From an uncultured Candidatus Saccharibacteria bacterium (GTDB lineage: Bacteria; Patescibacteriota; Minisyncoccia; Phycocordibacterales; DSPV01): a stretch of 64,000 nt of DNA. Below the pieces are notes generated by a model. The model was given only the letters and a program-made list of their open reading frames with translations, had not been told where the DNA came from and searched no databases. This document shows positions 56,148-64,000 of the stretch, in pieces. The stretch spans positions 728-64,727 of the forward strand of contig CAYGFK010000004.1 of NCBI GenBank assembly GCA_964349135.1, read 5' to 3'. The translations under genes and the position numbers were made by a program. Within the stretch, counting starts at the first letter, position 1. Every line of letters begins with the position of its first letter.

Positions 56148-56574
56148 GAAAAAAGGAGAAGATTATACTGGCATTACCGTAGTGTATCTCTGTCATGATG
56201 GACAGGGTAATATTCTCTTGAATAAACGAAGCAAGAAATGTCGTGATGAACACGGTTGTTGGGACCCGGGCGGGGGAGGAGTGGAATTTGGAGATACGGT
56301 AGAACATACACTTCAAAAAGAAATCCTCGAAGAATACGGAACAAATATCCTCGACAAGGAATTCTTAGGTTTCCGAGATGTGCATCGTGTCCATGAGGGG
56401 AAGAAAACGCACTGGATAGCCCTTGATTTTAAGGTACATATCGCTCGAGATAGAGTCGTGAACGGAGAGCCGGAGAAATTTGATGAGGTTCGTTGGTTCA
56501 CTCTTGATACGCTTCCCGCACCTCTACACTCTCAATTCCCAGATTTTCTCAAACGATATCGAAATCGTCTTTAA
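56146..56574 (+). CDS. NUDIX hydrolase (paralog of 40471..40893)
   Basis: Nudix box GGGVEFGDTVEHTLQKEILEEYG. C-terminal NGEPEKFDEVRWFTLDTLPAPL resembles SGEPK..ESWGWYALDELPKPL of the other copy. Confidence 0.85.
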   Translation: MKKGEDYTGITVVYLCHDGQGNILLNKRSKKCRDEHGCWDPGGGGVEFGDTVEHTLQKEILEEYGTNILDKEFLGFRDVHRVHEGKKTHWIALDFKVHIARDRVVNGEPEKFDEVRWFTLDTLPAPLHSQFPDFLKRYRNRL

Positions 56575-56658
56575 TACTACGCTACGCAATATATTTTGTT
56601 TGAGCGCAAATGATTTGTGCGTTACAATTATCTTCTCGGTATTACTCTCATAACCAAC

Positions 56659-56901
56659 ATGCGTATGAAAAAAGTAACTATTTACTCGACTCCCACTTGT
56701 GTATTTTGCAATGCGGCGAAGTCTTTCTTTGACGAGCATGAGGTGAAATATACGGAACATAATGTTGCAAGTGACCTTGAGGCACGACAAGAGATGATAG
56801 AGAAGTCGGGTCAGATGGGAGTCCCTGTTATCACCATTGGTGACGACCTTGTTGTCGGGTTTGATGAATCGAAACTTTCAGACCTATTGGAAATTAAATA
56901 A
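56659..56901 (+). CDS. glutaredoxin-like protein (NrdH/Grx family)
   Basis: KVTIYSTPTCVFCNAAKSFF CxxC motif. GVPVITIGDDLVVGFD (cis-Pro region). About 80 aa thioredoxin fold. Confidence 0.85.
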   Translation: MRMKKVTIYSTPTCVFCNAAKSFFDEHEVKYTEHNVASDLEARQEMIEKSGQMGVPVITIGDDLVVGFDESKLSDLLEIK

Positions 56902-56933
56902 AAAATCCCCCGCTCGAGCGGGGGATTTTTTTG
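56902..56933 (+). terminator. rho-independent terminator
   Basis: aaaaaatcccccgctc-gagcgggggattttttt. Confidence 0.85.
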
Positions 56934-56966
56934 TCTGTGCTAGCGTGGTATAGTCTTTCTTTAAAC

Positions 56967-57041
56967 GCCCCCGTAGTTCAATGGATAGAACAGCCCCGTC
57001 CTAAGGGGTAGATGTCAGTTCGATTCTGGCCGGGGGCACCA
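56967..57041 (+). tRNA. tRNA-Arg (anticodon CCT), CCA encoded
   Basis: Manual fold: acceptor GCCCCCG/CGGGGGC, D-arm GTTC-AATGGATA-GAAC, anticodon loop GTCCTAA, T-arm GTCAG-TTCGATT-CTGGC. Confidence 0.88.
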
Positions 57042-57204
57042 GTTCAGAAATTGCAAGTTTTGTTCACTCGCCTTGCTTTAGGACTTGACGAGATATAAAA
57101 ATCATGCTAGGATATTGTCAGTCGTAAATTGTGAATTTAGTTTATCGGATTGGTTCTGAAAGGGGACCCTGGTGTTCCGAAACAATACACCTAAATGTTT
57201 CTCG

Positions 57205-57648
57205 ATGAAAAAATACATAGATCTTCAGACTGAAGAGGAAGCTTTTCGCTGGGCAGCCGAAATGGAGGTTCTGCTGAAGGTACCTACTAAACGGCCTAAC
57301 GTCACAGCTTTCTATCGAGACCGTCTGGATGATTGGGACTGTCTCGAGACTTGGCAGAAGGAAGAGCTGTCTGAGAGTTACGAAGAGAGCTTGAGCCGTC
57401 TCGCTGCCGATTCAGTCGCATATTGCGACTTTTCCGTAACTCCCGCCGAGCTCAAAAATCTGTCGGACGAGGCGCTCCAGGACTTCGAATTCTTCGTTCG
57501 AACCCATGTACCAAGCGATGTCGTTCACAAACGTTGCGAAGACATGGGTATTGATGGAAAGAAACTCGGCGGTATTGCTCAGCAGATGTGCAAAGACGCT
57601 GTCGAGCAACACGAGACGCTGAAACGGATCGAAAAGCTTGGCGAATAA
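57205..57648 (+). CDS. hypothetical acidic protein
   Basis: Start at MKKYIDL. Terminator downstream at 57675..57705. No family recognised. Confidence 0.5.
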   Translation: MKKYIDLQTEEEAFRWAAEMEVLLKVPTKRPNVTAFYRDRLDDWDCLETWQKEELSESYEESLSRLAADSVAYCDFSVTPAELKNLSDEALQDFEFFVRTHVPSDVVHKRCEDMGIDGKKLGGIAQQMCKDAVEQHETLKRIEKLGE

Positions 57649-57674
57649 TACTTTCGGGATTGAACGTAATCTCG

Positions 57675-57705
57675 ACCTCGCAGAAATGCGAGGTTTTCTT
57701 TTTGT
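57675..57705 (+). terminator. rho-independent terminator
   Basis: acctcgca-gaaa-tgcgaggt + TTTCTTTTT. Confidence 0.75.
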
Positions 57706-57891
57706 AGTCGCTTAGCGAATGCAAGAATTAGTTTGCGACAAAGAAACACTTGAAATTGTGAAAGATCACGGGCTTCGCTCGCTCCACTTGCGCGAGGGGG
57801 GGGTTCTCGCCGCCTGCGGCGGCGAAATGCGTTCGGACTAATTCAAGAATAGGGCATATATTGAGCATATGACCTGTTTTTGCTAAGATAG

Positions 57892-58134
57892 ATGCCTATG
57901 GATGATAATGACCGTGAGGATTTGAAACGAGCCCTAAAGCTTGCCGAGGAGAATAATGATATGCTCCATAAGCTCTATCGCTCGTGGAGATGGGCTCGGG
58001 TCATGCAAATCGCTTATTGGGTGATTCTGGTAGGTGCTGCTCTGGGAGCGTTCTACTTCATCCAACCGTATCTCGACAGGGCGCGAGATGCCTTCCATAG
58101 TCTTAGTGGCCAGATTGAGGAGCTTGCGCCATAA
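57892..58134 (+). CDS. small membrane protein, hypothetical
   Basis: Charged N-terminal helix then one TM (IAYWVILVGAALGAFYFI). Confidence 0.45.
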   Translation: MPMDDNDREDLKRALKLAEENNDMLHKLYRSWRWARVMQIAYWVILVGAALGAFYFIQPYLDRARDAFHSLSGQIEELAP

Positions 58135-58202
58135 AGTCCTAAGTGTTAGATATACGTCGGATAAACGTTAGACCTGAGGTGAAATTTGAAAGTTAAATAC
58201 AT

Positions 58203-58278
58203 GCCGAGGTAGCTCAGTTGGTAGAGCGTCCGCCTGAAGAGCGGTAGGTCGCCGGTTCGACTCCGGCCCTCGGCACCA
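58203..58278 (+). tRNA. tRNA-Phe (anticodon GAA), CCA encoded
   Basis: Manual fold: acceptor GCCGAGG/CCTCGGC, D-arm GCTC-AGTTGGTA-GAGC, anticodon loop CTGAAGA, T-arm GCCGG-TTCGACT-CCGGC. Confidence 0.9.
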
Positions 58279-58306
58279 AAAAACCGGCCTGTGCCGGTTT
58301 TCTTTT
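58278..58306. terminator. bidirectional rho-independent terminator between tRNA-Phe and the Hsp20 gene
   Basis: aaaaaaccggc-ctgtg-ccggttttctttt. Confidence 0.8.
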
Positions 58307-58308
58307 GG

Positions 58309-58779
58309 TTAAGATACTTTTACGCGTAGCCGTGTCTGTTTGCCTTTATCTACCTTCGGGAGTCGGATAATGAGAAGCCCGTGTTTTTCTATGGCTTCTG
58401 CGCCTTCAACCTCAATCTCCTGTGGGAGTACGATGGTTCGGGTGAATGAGCCCCAATAAAGCTCTTTGAAAAAGAAATTATCGTCAGTGGCTTCGTTCGC
58501 TGATTCTCTGGTGCCTTTGACCGTCACCATGTCGCGGGTGATTGAGATATCAAGGTCATCAGGACGTACGCCTGCCACCATGGTTTTGATAACAATATCT
58601 TCAGGGGTTTGGTAGACATCGACAGCAAGTTGTCCTTCCTCGAAATTTCCTTCGTCAGCAATCCATTCTTTTTCGTCTGACGAGGTTGTATTTTTGGTGT
58701 CAATTTCGACATCACGTTCATCGCCGAGGCTCATCGTGCCGGTAAGGCGTTCAAAAAATGACCGTTTCTTTTTTGGCAT
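58309..58779 (-). CDS. Hsp20/alpha-crystallin family small heat-shock protein
   Basis: Alpha-crystallin domain (LAVDVYQTPEDIVIKTMVAGVRPDDLDISITRDMVTVKG...GSFTRTIVLP). Confidence 0.9.
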   Translation of the reverse strand: MPKKKRSFFERLTGTMSLGDERDVEIDTKNTTSSDEKEWIADEGNFEEGQLAVDVYQTPEDIVIKTMVAGVRPDDLDISITRDMVTVKGTRESANEATDDNFFFKELYWGSFTRTIVLPQEIEVEGAEAIEKHGLLIIRLPKVDKGKQTRLRVKVS

Positions 58780-58795
58780 AGTGTCTCTCTAACTA

Positions 58796-59485
58796 TTAAT
58801 TAGACTCAGGACGTACTTTTTTGAGTTTTTCGAATAAAAGGAGGATGATGACGGCGATAACCCAGACGGATGATGAAGCGAGCAGACTGCCTCCTTGTCC
58901 TTCACCGATCATTATAGTCAAGTTGAAGGCCGTATGCAACGCGATTGCGAGGATAAGTCCGTAAAAGAGATACATTCGCTTCTTTTTCTGATTTTTGTAG
59001 AACGAGAGGCCGAGTGCAACGCCGATTGATGCCGAGGTGACGATGTGTAGCAGGGTTGCGCCGATGAATCTGAGGTTGCTGGTTAAGAGCCCTTTAATGA
59101 TGAATCCTTCCGAGACGGGGGTGAATATAAATAAGGCGTTTTCGAAGGCGGCAAATCCAAGTGCAACGGCAATCATGTAAATAACATAGTCGATAGGTTC
59201 GTCGACTTCTTTTCGGCGCAGAATGAAGAAGTAGGCGGCGATGAATTTTGCAAGTTCTTCGGTGAGAGACCACCAGACAAGTTGCATAGACTCGTCTCTG
59301 ACGAGGTTGAAGATGATACCTTCGAGCTTGAGCACAGGTATGACCACGAGGGCTCCAGCGAAGAAGGCAAGCCCAAGCAATCTTTTTGGTTCAGGGTGGC
59401 GACGGTCCTCTCTCACCCAAAACAAAAGCCAAAGAAGTGCAGGAAATGTCCCGACAACTGCCGCAATCGATACGTGTTCAAACAT
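58796..59485 (-). CDS. PrsW-family intramembrane metalloprotease-like protein
   Basis: Polytopic. EELAKF and FAAFEN motifs characteristic of PrsW/CPBP-type proteases. Confidence 0.7.
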   Translation of the reverse strand: MFEHVSIAAVVGTFPALLWLLFWVREDRRHPEPKRLLGLAFFAGALVVIPVLKLEGIIFNLVRDESMQLVWWSLTEELAKFIAAYFFILRRKEVDEPIDYVIYMIAVALGFAAFENALFIFTPVSEGFIIKGLLTSNLRFIGATLLHIVTSASIGVALGLSFYKNQKKKRMYLFYGLILAIALHTAFNLTIMIGEGQGGSLLASSSVWVIAVIILLLFEKLKKVRPESN

Positions 59486-59497
59486 ACAGTCCTCTTA

Positions 59498-61747
59498 TTA
59501 TACGGGCCAACGCTCTGTCATCAAAAGGGAGCTGTGATTACCTGAGAGAGACCATAGCTCTTCGGTAATGAAAGGAGTAAATGGGTGGAGTAAGGTAAGG
59601 AGCTCAAGAAAGAGCGTTCGAAGCAGAACGCGAAATGATTGTTTCTCTCGTCCGTCTTCGCCGAATACGAACGCCTTACTTTCTTCGAGGAGCACATCAG
59701 CGAGTGTGTGCCAGGCGTAGTGGTAGAGTTTCTCGGCAGCGAGGTAGAATCGGTAGTTTTCCATGTCGCTCGTCACCTCCTTTTTGAGAGACACGAATAC
59801 TTCATAAGTCTCTCGGTTTGTCTCAGTGAGGGTTGAGAGGTCCGTATGAGATGCATCAGTGTTCGAATAAACGAAGCGTGCGATATTCCAAAGCTTGTTG
59901 GAGAAGTGTTTATAGGCCTTGAGCTTATCTTCCGACATTTTGCTGTCATTCCCAGGGCCGGTTCCGATAAGGAGCGACATGCGCATTGCATCGGCTCCGT
60001 ATTTCTCGGTGACATCGATAGGGTCGATGTTGTTTCCAAGCGATTTGCTGATTTTTTGGCCTTGCGTATCTCGTACTAGGCCGTGCAAGTACACGGTCTG
60101 AAACGGGATATCGCCGAGCAGGTAGGTGCTCATGAGAATCATTCGCGCGACCCAGAAGAAGAGTATGTCGTATCCCGTTTCGAGTACGGTGGTGGGGTGG
60201 TAGGTTGTGAAATCCGGAGTATTGTCTGGCCAGCCGAGCGTTGAGAATGTCCACAATCCTGATGAAAACCACGTATCGAGTGTGTCCTCGTCTTGCGTCC
60301 ACCCGTCGCCCGAAGGAGCGGTTGCGCCTACGTAAATTTCTTCGTCCCACGCTTCGGTCTTTGAGCGGTACCAGACGGGGATTCGATGGCCGTACCAAAT
60401 TTGGCGCGAGATACACCAGTCACGCAAATTCTCAATCCAGTGGTAGTAGACTCGTTCAAAACGGTCGGGAACCATGGTAATTTGTTTTGCTTTAAGGGGC
60501 GCTAGCATAAGCTCTTTAAGACTTGCTTCCGCTCCGTTTTTGATACCTTCAAGGTGTGAATTTTTGACGATGAATTTTTTATTTACGTCGATAAACCACT
60601 GGAGTTTCGGTAGAGGTTCCACAATGCCTCCGGTTCGTTCGGCTGTGGCGATATTGTGCTCAATCTCTTCCTCTTTCTCGATAAGTCTTTCTCCGGACAG
60701 CCAGGCAACTACCATTTCTCGGGCTTCGGCCACTTTCTTACCTTTCATATCCGGTATTTCAATGGAGATGCGGGCAAATTCATCTATGAGGGGTACAAGC
60801 GGAAGGTGGTGGCGTTTTGCGATTTCCCAGTCGACAATGCTGTGTGCCGGGGTCACGCCAACGGCGCCAGTGCCGAATTCAGGATTCACGGCATTGTCTG
60901 CAACAATTTTGATATGGAGTTTTGTTCCGGCGAAAGGGACATCATATTCTTTCCCGATGTATTTCTTGTATCGTTTATCGTCCGGGTGGACGGCAACGGC
61001 CGTGTCGCCAAGCTTCGTTTCAGGTCTTGTGGTGGCGATAGCGATAGGGAAGTCTTTTGAATATTTAAACGTGTAGAGTTTCGTTTTCTCTGTTTTGTAG
61101 ACGATTTCATCGTCTGAGATGGTCGTTTGCCCTTTCGGGTCCCAGTTGACGATTCGATATCCGCGATAGATGAGTCCATCGTTATACATTCTCACAAACG
61201 CTTCGCGAACCGCACGGCTCCTCTTTTCGTCGAGCGTGAACGCTTCTCGACTCCAATCTATCGAGCATCCGGTCTTGCGCACCTGTGAGACGATGGTGTC
61301 GTGGCTTTCGTGAGCGAATGTTTCGACACGTTTCAGAAATTCTTCTCGTCCGAGGTCGTGTCGCCGTTTCTTCTCTTCTTTGTAGATAAGCGTCTCGACT
61401 TTCGCTTGCGTGGCGATGGCGGCATGGTCGGTGCCCGGAATCCAAAGTGTTCTTTTACCTTGCATACGTGCGAATCGAACCATGACGTCTTCAATGGCGA
61501 GCATGAAGGCACTACCCATGTGGAGACTTCCGGTGACATTAGGTGGAGGGAGTACCATTGAAAAGACGGGTGCATCAGATTTCGTGATTCCGTCTTTAAT
61601 ACAGGTGTCCGGATTAAAATACCCGCTTTTTTCCCAGAGGACATAGATGCGCCCTTCAACCTCTACAGGATTGTATGGTTTAAGAAGCTTGGCATCTATT
61701 GGGAAGGCGCCCTCAGGCGCTTGTTTTTCAGTCGGTTTGTCGGCCAT
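59498..61747 (-). CDS. valS: valine--tRNA ligase (compact, no C-terminal coiled-coil)
   Basis: HIGH-region PPPNVTGSLHMGSA, KMSKS KISKSLGN, editing CP1 domain. 749 aa. Confidence 0.93.
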   Translation of the reverse strand: MADKPTEKQAPEGAFPIDAKLLKPYNPVEVEGRIYVLWEKSGYFNPDTCIKDGITKSDAPVFSMVLPPPNVTGSLHMGSAFMLAIEDVMVRFARMQGKRTLWIPGTDHAAIATQAKVETLIYKEEKKRRHDLGREEFLKRVETFAHESHDTIVSQVRKTGCSIDWSREAFTLDEKRSRAVREAFVRMYNDGLIYRGYRIVNWDPKGQTTISDDEIVYKTEKTKLYTFKYSKDFPIAIATTRPETKLGDTAVAVHPDDKRYKKYIGKEYDVPFAGTKLHIKIVADNAVNPEFGTGAVGVTPAHSIVDWEIAKRHHLPLVPLIDEFARISIEIPDMKGKKVAEAREMVVAWLSGERLIEKEEEIEHNIATAERTGGIVEPLPKLQWFIDVNKKFIVKNSHLEGIKNGAEASLKELMLAPLKAKQITMVPDRFERVYYHWIENLRDWCISRQIWYGHRIPVWYRSKTEAWDEEIYVGATAPSGDGWTQDEDTLDTWFSSGLWTFSTLGWPDNTPDFTTYHPTTVLETGYDILFFWVARMILMSTYLLGDIPFQTVYLHGLVRDTQGQKISKSLGNNIDPIDVTEKYGADAMRMSLLIGTGPGNDSKMSEDKLKAYKHFSNKLWNIARFVYSNTDASHTDLSTLTETNRETYEVFVSLKKEVTSDMENYRFYLAAEKLYHYAWHTLADVLLEESKAFVFGEDGREKQSFRVLLRTLFLELLTLLHPFTPFITEELWSLSGNHSSLLMTERWPV

Positions 61748-61788
61748 GGATGGAGAAATAGTATCAGAAATAACACTAACTCAAAAGC

Positions 61789-61839
61789 GATAAAAAAAGA
61801 GACCTTCGCTCGTGGGCTTTTGGCCGGTGAGCGAAGGTC
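61789..61839 (-). terminator. intrinsic terminator/attenuator hairpin (gaccttcgctc/gagcgaaggtc) with T-run, 45 nt upstream of valS start and 170 nt downstream of tsaD stop
   Basis: 11-bp perfect stem, 17-nt loop, TCTTTTTTT on the minus strand. Confidence 0.65.
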
Positions 61840-62014
61840 GTGTCTGGGGGTCGTAAGCACGGTACGAGTCCGTTTTTTTTGTTTGTGAACCCTCGAGGGC
61901 TTCTATTCAATCGGCCGTCATTGCTGTCTGGCCGTCAGACTCGTGCAATGTGCCGTTCAGCGACTACACCAGAACCCTCACTAAGGTACTCCTTCTTAGC
62001 TAGACTGTCAACCT

Positions 62015-63193
62015 CTATTCGTGGTGTAATGAGAGCGTTCCGCGGGCCTGCAATGAGTCATTTTTTTCCCTAGAAAGAGGGAGAATTCCTGATTCATGTT
62101 TGATATAGGCCGATATGGCAATCATGACTGCGTTGTCGGTTGAGAGTTCGTGGGTAGGAATATGTAATGTGAGGTCTGAGAATTCATCGGCAAGTGTTTT
62201 GAATTTTTCCCTCAAAAATATGTTTGCAATGACTCCGCCACCAACGATAAAGGTTTGCGCGTTGGTATCCTCGATTGCTTTCCGGGATTTTGCTACGAGT
62301 ACGTCGGCGACTGAATCCTCGAATTCGCGCGCGATAGCTTGTTTCTGATTCTCGGTAAGTGTCCCCATTTTCTCTAGTGCGTACCTTACGGCAGTTTTCA
62401 GACCAGAAAATGAGAATTCATAGCTATGGTCCGAGAGCATCGGTCTCGGGAGTACCAGTTCGCGCGGAAGGTTTTTTTCGCGTGCTTCTCGTGCGAGTCT
62501 TGAGAGGTGGGGTCCGCCAGGGTACGGTAGTGAGAGCAGACGGGCAACTTTATCAAACGCTTCACCGACTGCATCGTCGCGAGTTGAGCCAAGAAGTTCG
62601 AATGTATCCCAGTGTTTTGCGAGTACTAGCTCAGTATGTCCTCCTGAGATGAGGAGTGCGACAAGCGGAAAGGCGAGGGGTGCACGTTTATGTGCGTCGA
62701 GGAGTACTGAGTAGATATGCCCCTCCATGTGGTTTGCCGGCATTATGGGAATCTTCCAGATGTAAGAAAGTGCGCGTACGAAATTGATGCCGACCCAGAG
62801 CGCCGGCTCAAGTCCGGGACCTTGGGTTACGGTGATAAGGTCGATGGCAGGTTTTGGAAAAGCAGAGAGATGTCCAAGAAACATCTTCAAGAGCTCCGGT
62901 TCGCGTTTGAGTATGAGCTCAAGAGTTTTCCGTTCAAGGTCTGTAAAATCAGTTTTGCCTGTAGTCCTCCATCTGCACGGCGAGGCAAGAGAAAGGAAGA
63001 GGGGAATAAGATTTTTGGCATGTTCACGCTTGGCGAGTGCCGGAAAGACGCCACCGAATGGTGCGTGTTCTTTTGTTTGCGAATGGAGCGCGTCGGCTTT
63101 TATGGTGAATGAAGGGCGTTCTAGTCCTCCACTGCATTCAAGCACCGCGAGAGCTGTTTCGTCGCAACTGGTCTCAATAGCTAAGATTTTCAT
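62015..63193 (-). CDS. tsaD: tRNA N6-adenosine threonylcarbamoyltransferase TsaD (Kae1/Gcp family) with an internal insertion
   Basis: MKILAIETSCDETALAVLE N-terminus. HMEGH metal site. ASKH fold. 392 aa versus about 340 typical. Confidence 0.88.
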   Translation of the reverse strand: MKILAIETSCDETALAVLECSGGLERPSFTIKADALHSQTKEHAPFGGVFPALAKREHAKNLIPLFLSLASPCRWRTTGKTDFTDLERKTLELILKREPELLKMFLGHLSAFPKPAIDLITVTQGPGLEPALWVGINFVRALSYIWKIPIMPANHMEGHIYSVLLDAHKRAPLAFPLVALLISGGHTELVLAKHWDTFELLGSTRDDAVGEAFDKVARLLSLPYPGGPHLSRLAREAREKNLPRELVLPRPMLSDHSYEFSFSGLKTAVRYALEKMGTLTENQKQAIAREFEDSVADVLVAKSRKAIEDTNAQTFIVGGGVIANIFLREKFKTLADEFSDLTLHIPTHELSTDNAVMIAISAYIKHESGILPLSREKNDSLQARGTLSLHHE

Positions 63194-63942
63194 CGTCGGT
63201 TGAGTATGTTTTCTAACGTCTCGAGTTCTTCGCGCGTATTCGCTCCAAGGGCAATTTCAGGGTCTATCGCCGTAGTGTGTAGGGACACTCCTTCTTGTGT
63301 CGCGATACCGATAATATCGGTGAGATAATATTCGTTCTGTGCGTTTTCAACGCCGATTTTTTGAAGCCGACTCCACAGCCAGTCAGCTTGGAAGCAGAGA
63401 TAGGATGGATTGACCTCGGTGATGGCGCGCTCGGCTTCTGTGGCATCCTTGTATTCTACAATACGGCTTATGGTGCCGTGTTCATCCCGAATGATTCTGC
63501 CGTACCGCTTGAACGCAGAACGCCATAGAGTGAAATCAGGCACGGACGCAGTACCCATGGTTACCACGGCGTTGTTTTTTTGGTGCGTCTCGGTAATAGC
63601 ACGAATCGTGTCTGCATCAACGAGAGGATGGTCGCCATAGAGCACCATGACATGCTTTGCTCGCGCATCGGTCGCTTCACGGGCCATCAAGACTGCGTGG
63701 CCAGTCCCTTTCTGCTCTTGTTGAAGCGCGTACCGATACGATGGGCCAATCGTCTCTTTGACGAGTTCGGCCTCATGTCCCACGACGATGACGGGCGGGA
63801 TAGAGAGTGAGAGCGGTCGGAGATTGTCGAGAAGATGTGTTATCAAAGGTTTTCCACCAAGCTCTACGAGCACTTTCGGATGCTCTGAAAGCATGCGCGT
63901 ACCTTTTCCTCCGGCAAGGATGATGAGCTGTATCGTGTCCAT
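63190..63942 (-). CDS. sugar-phosphate nucleotidyltransferase (GlmU N-terminal pyrophosphorylase-like, stand-alone)
   Basis: ILAGGKGTRM signature. About 250 aa with no hexapeptide acetyltransferase domain. Overlaps the tsaD start by 4 nt. Confidence 0.8.
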   Translation of the reverse strand: MDTIQLIILAGGKGTRMLSEHPKVLVELGGKPLITHLLDNLRPLSLSIPPVIVVGHEAELVKETIGPSYRYALQQEQKGTGHAVLMAREATDARAKHVMVLYGDHPLVDADTIRAITETHQKNNAVVTMGTASVPDFTLWRSAFKRYGRIIRDEHGTISRIVEYKDATEAERAITEVNPSYLCFQADWLWSRLQKIGVENAQNEYYLTDIIGIATQEGVSLHTTAIDPEIALGANTREELETLENILNRR

Positions 63943-64000
63943 GAGAATCTCTAATCTAAACGAAAAGTGTTTATTCGTCTACAAGGTCGCTGTGCGGAGA

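Noticed and set aside
61748-62014. Definite T-box riboswitch call upstream of valS
   Set aside because: Only a partial match to the T-box core (about 7/14) and no clear specifier loop by eye. Kept as a hypothesis in the findings but not annotated as a riboswitch feature.

Overview
This 64 kb window, roughly 50% GC by eye, reads like core chromosome from a small-genome, possibly CPR/Patescibacteria-like bacterium; that taxonomic guess is low confidence. Many genes here lack a Shine-Dalgarno sequence and start immediately downstream of a TATAAT-type -10 box.

Housekeeping content: a complete minus-strand F1Fo ATP synthase operon (atpZ-B-E-F-H-A-G-D-C), groES/groEL, secG, lepA, murJ, tsaC, tsaD, RNase J, aspS, valS, msrA, msrB, class II RNR nrdJ, htpX/lemA, a MacB/FtsX-type ABC pair, four tRNAs (Ser-GGA, Gly-CCC, Arg-CCT, Phe-GAA), and a type-A RNase P RNA on the minus strand that the ORF track overlaps with spurious ORFs.

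Accessory or unusual content:
- A compositionally distinct three-gene operon (about 38-45% GC): a PLP alpha-oxoamine synthase-family enzyme, an amidohydrolase-2, and a multi-TM orphan sensor histidine kinase. This resembles CqsA/LqsA-type autoinducer synthase plus membrane kinase receptor modules and is the best candidate for an undescribed signalling system here.
- Two tRNA loci (Ser, Gly) each followed 140-165 bp downstream by a direct repeat of the tRNA 3' end, which looks like a site-specific integration scar. The two inserts share a TTCGAGCG-N-AGCGAG motif. A paralogous NUDIX gene lies downstream in both loci, and a low-GC GalE-like epimerase lies downstream of the tRNA-Ser locus only.
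- Two stand-alone small Cys-rich peptide genes, each with its own -10 promoter and strong terminator.
- A split DipZ-like extracytoplasmic thiol-redox module (TlpA-like / CcdA / Trx+beta-sandwich) next to an XRE regulator, msrA and a 7-4-7 inverted-repeat operator.
- A cupredoxin paired with a membrane FNR-like oxidoreductase.
- A LEA/apolipoprotein-like 22-mer repeat protein upstream of the atp operon.

No CRISPR array, transposase or integrase is visible in the window.
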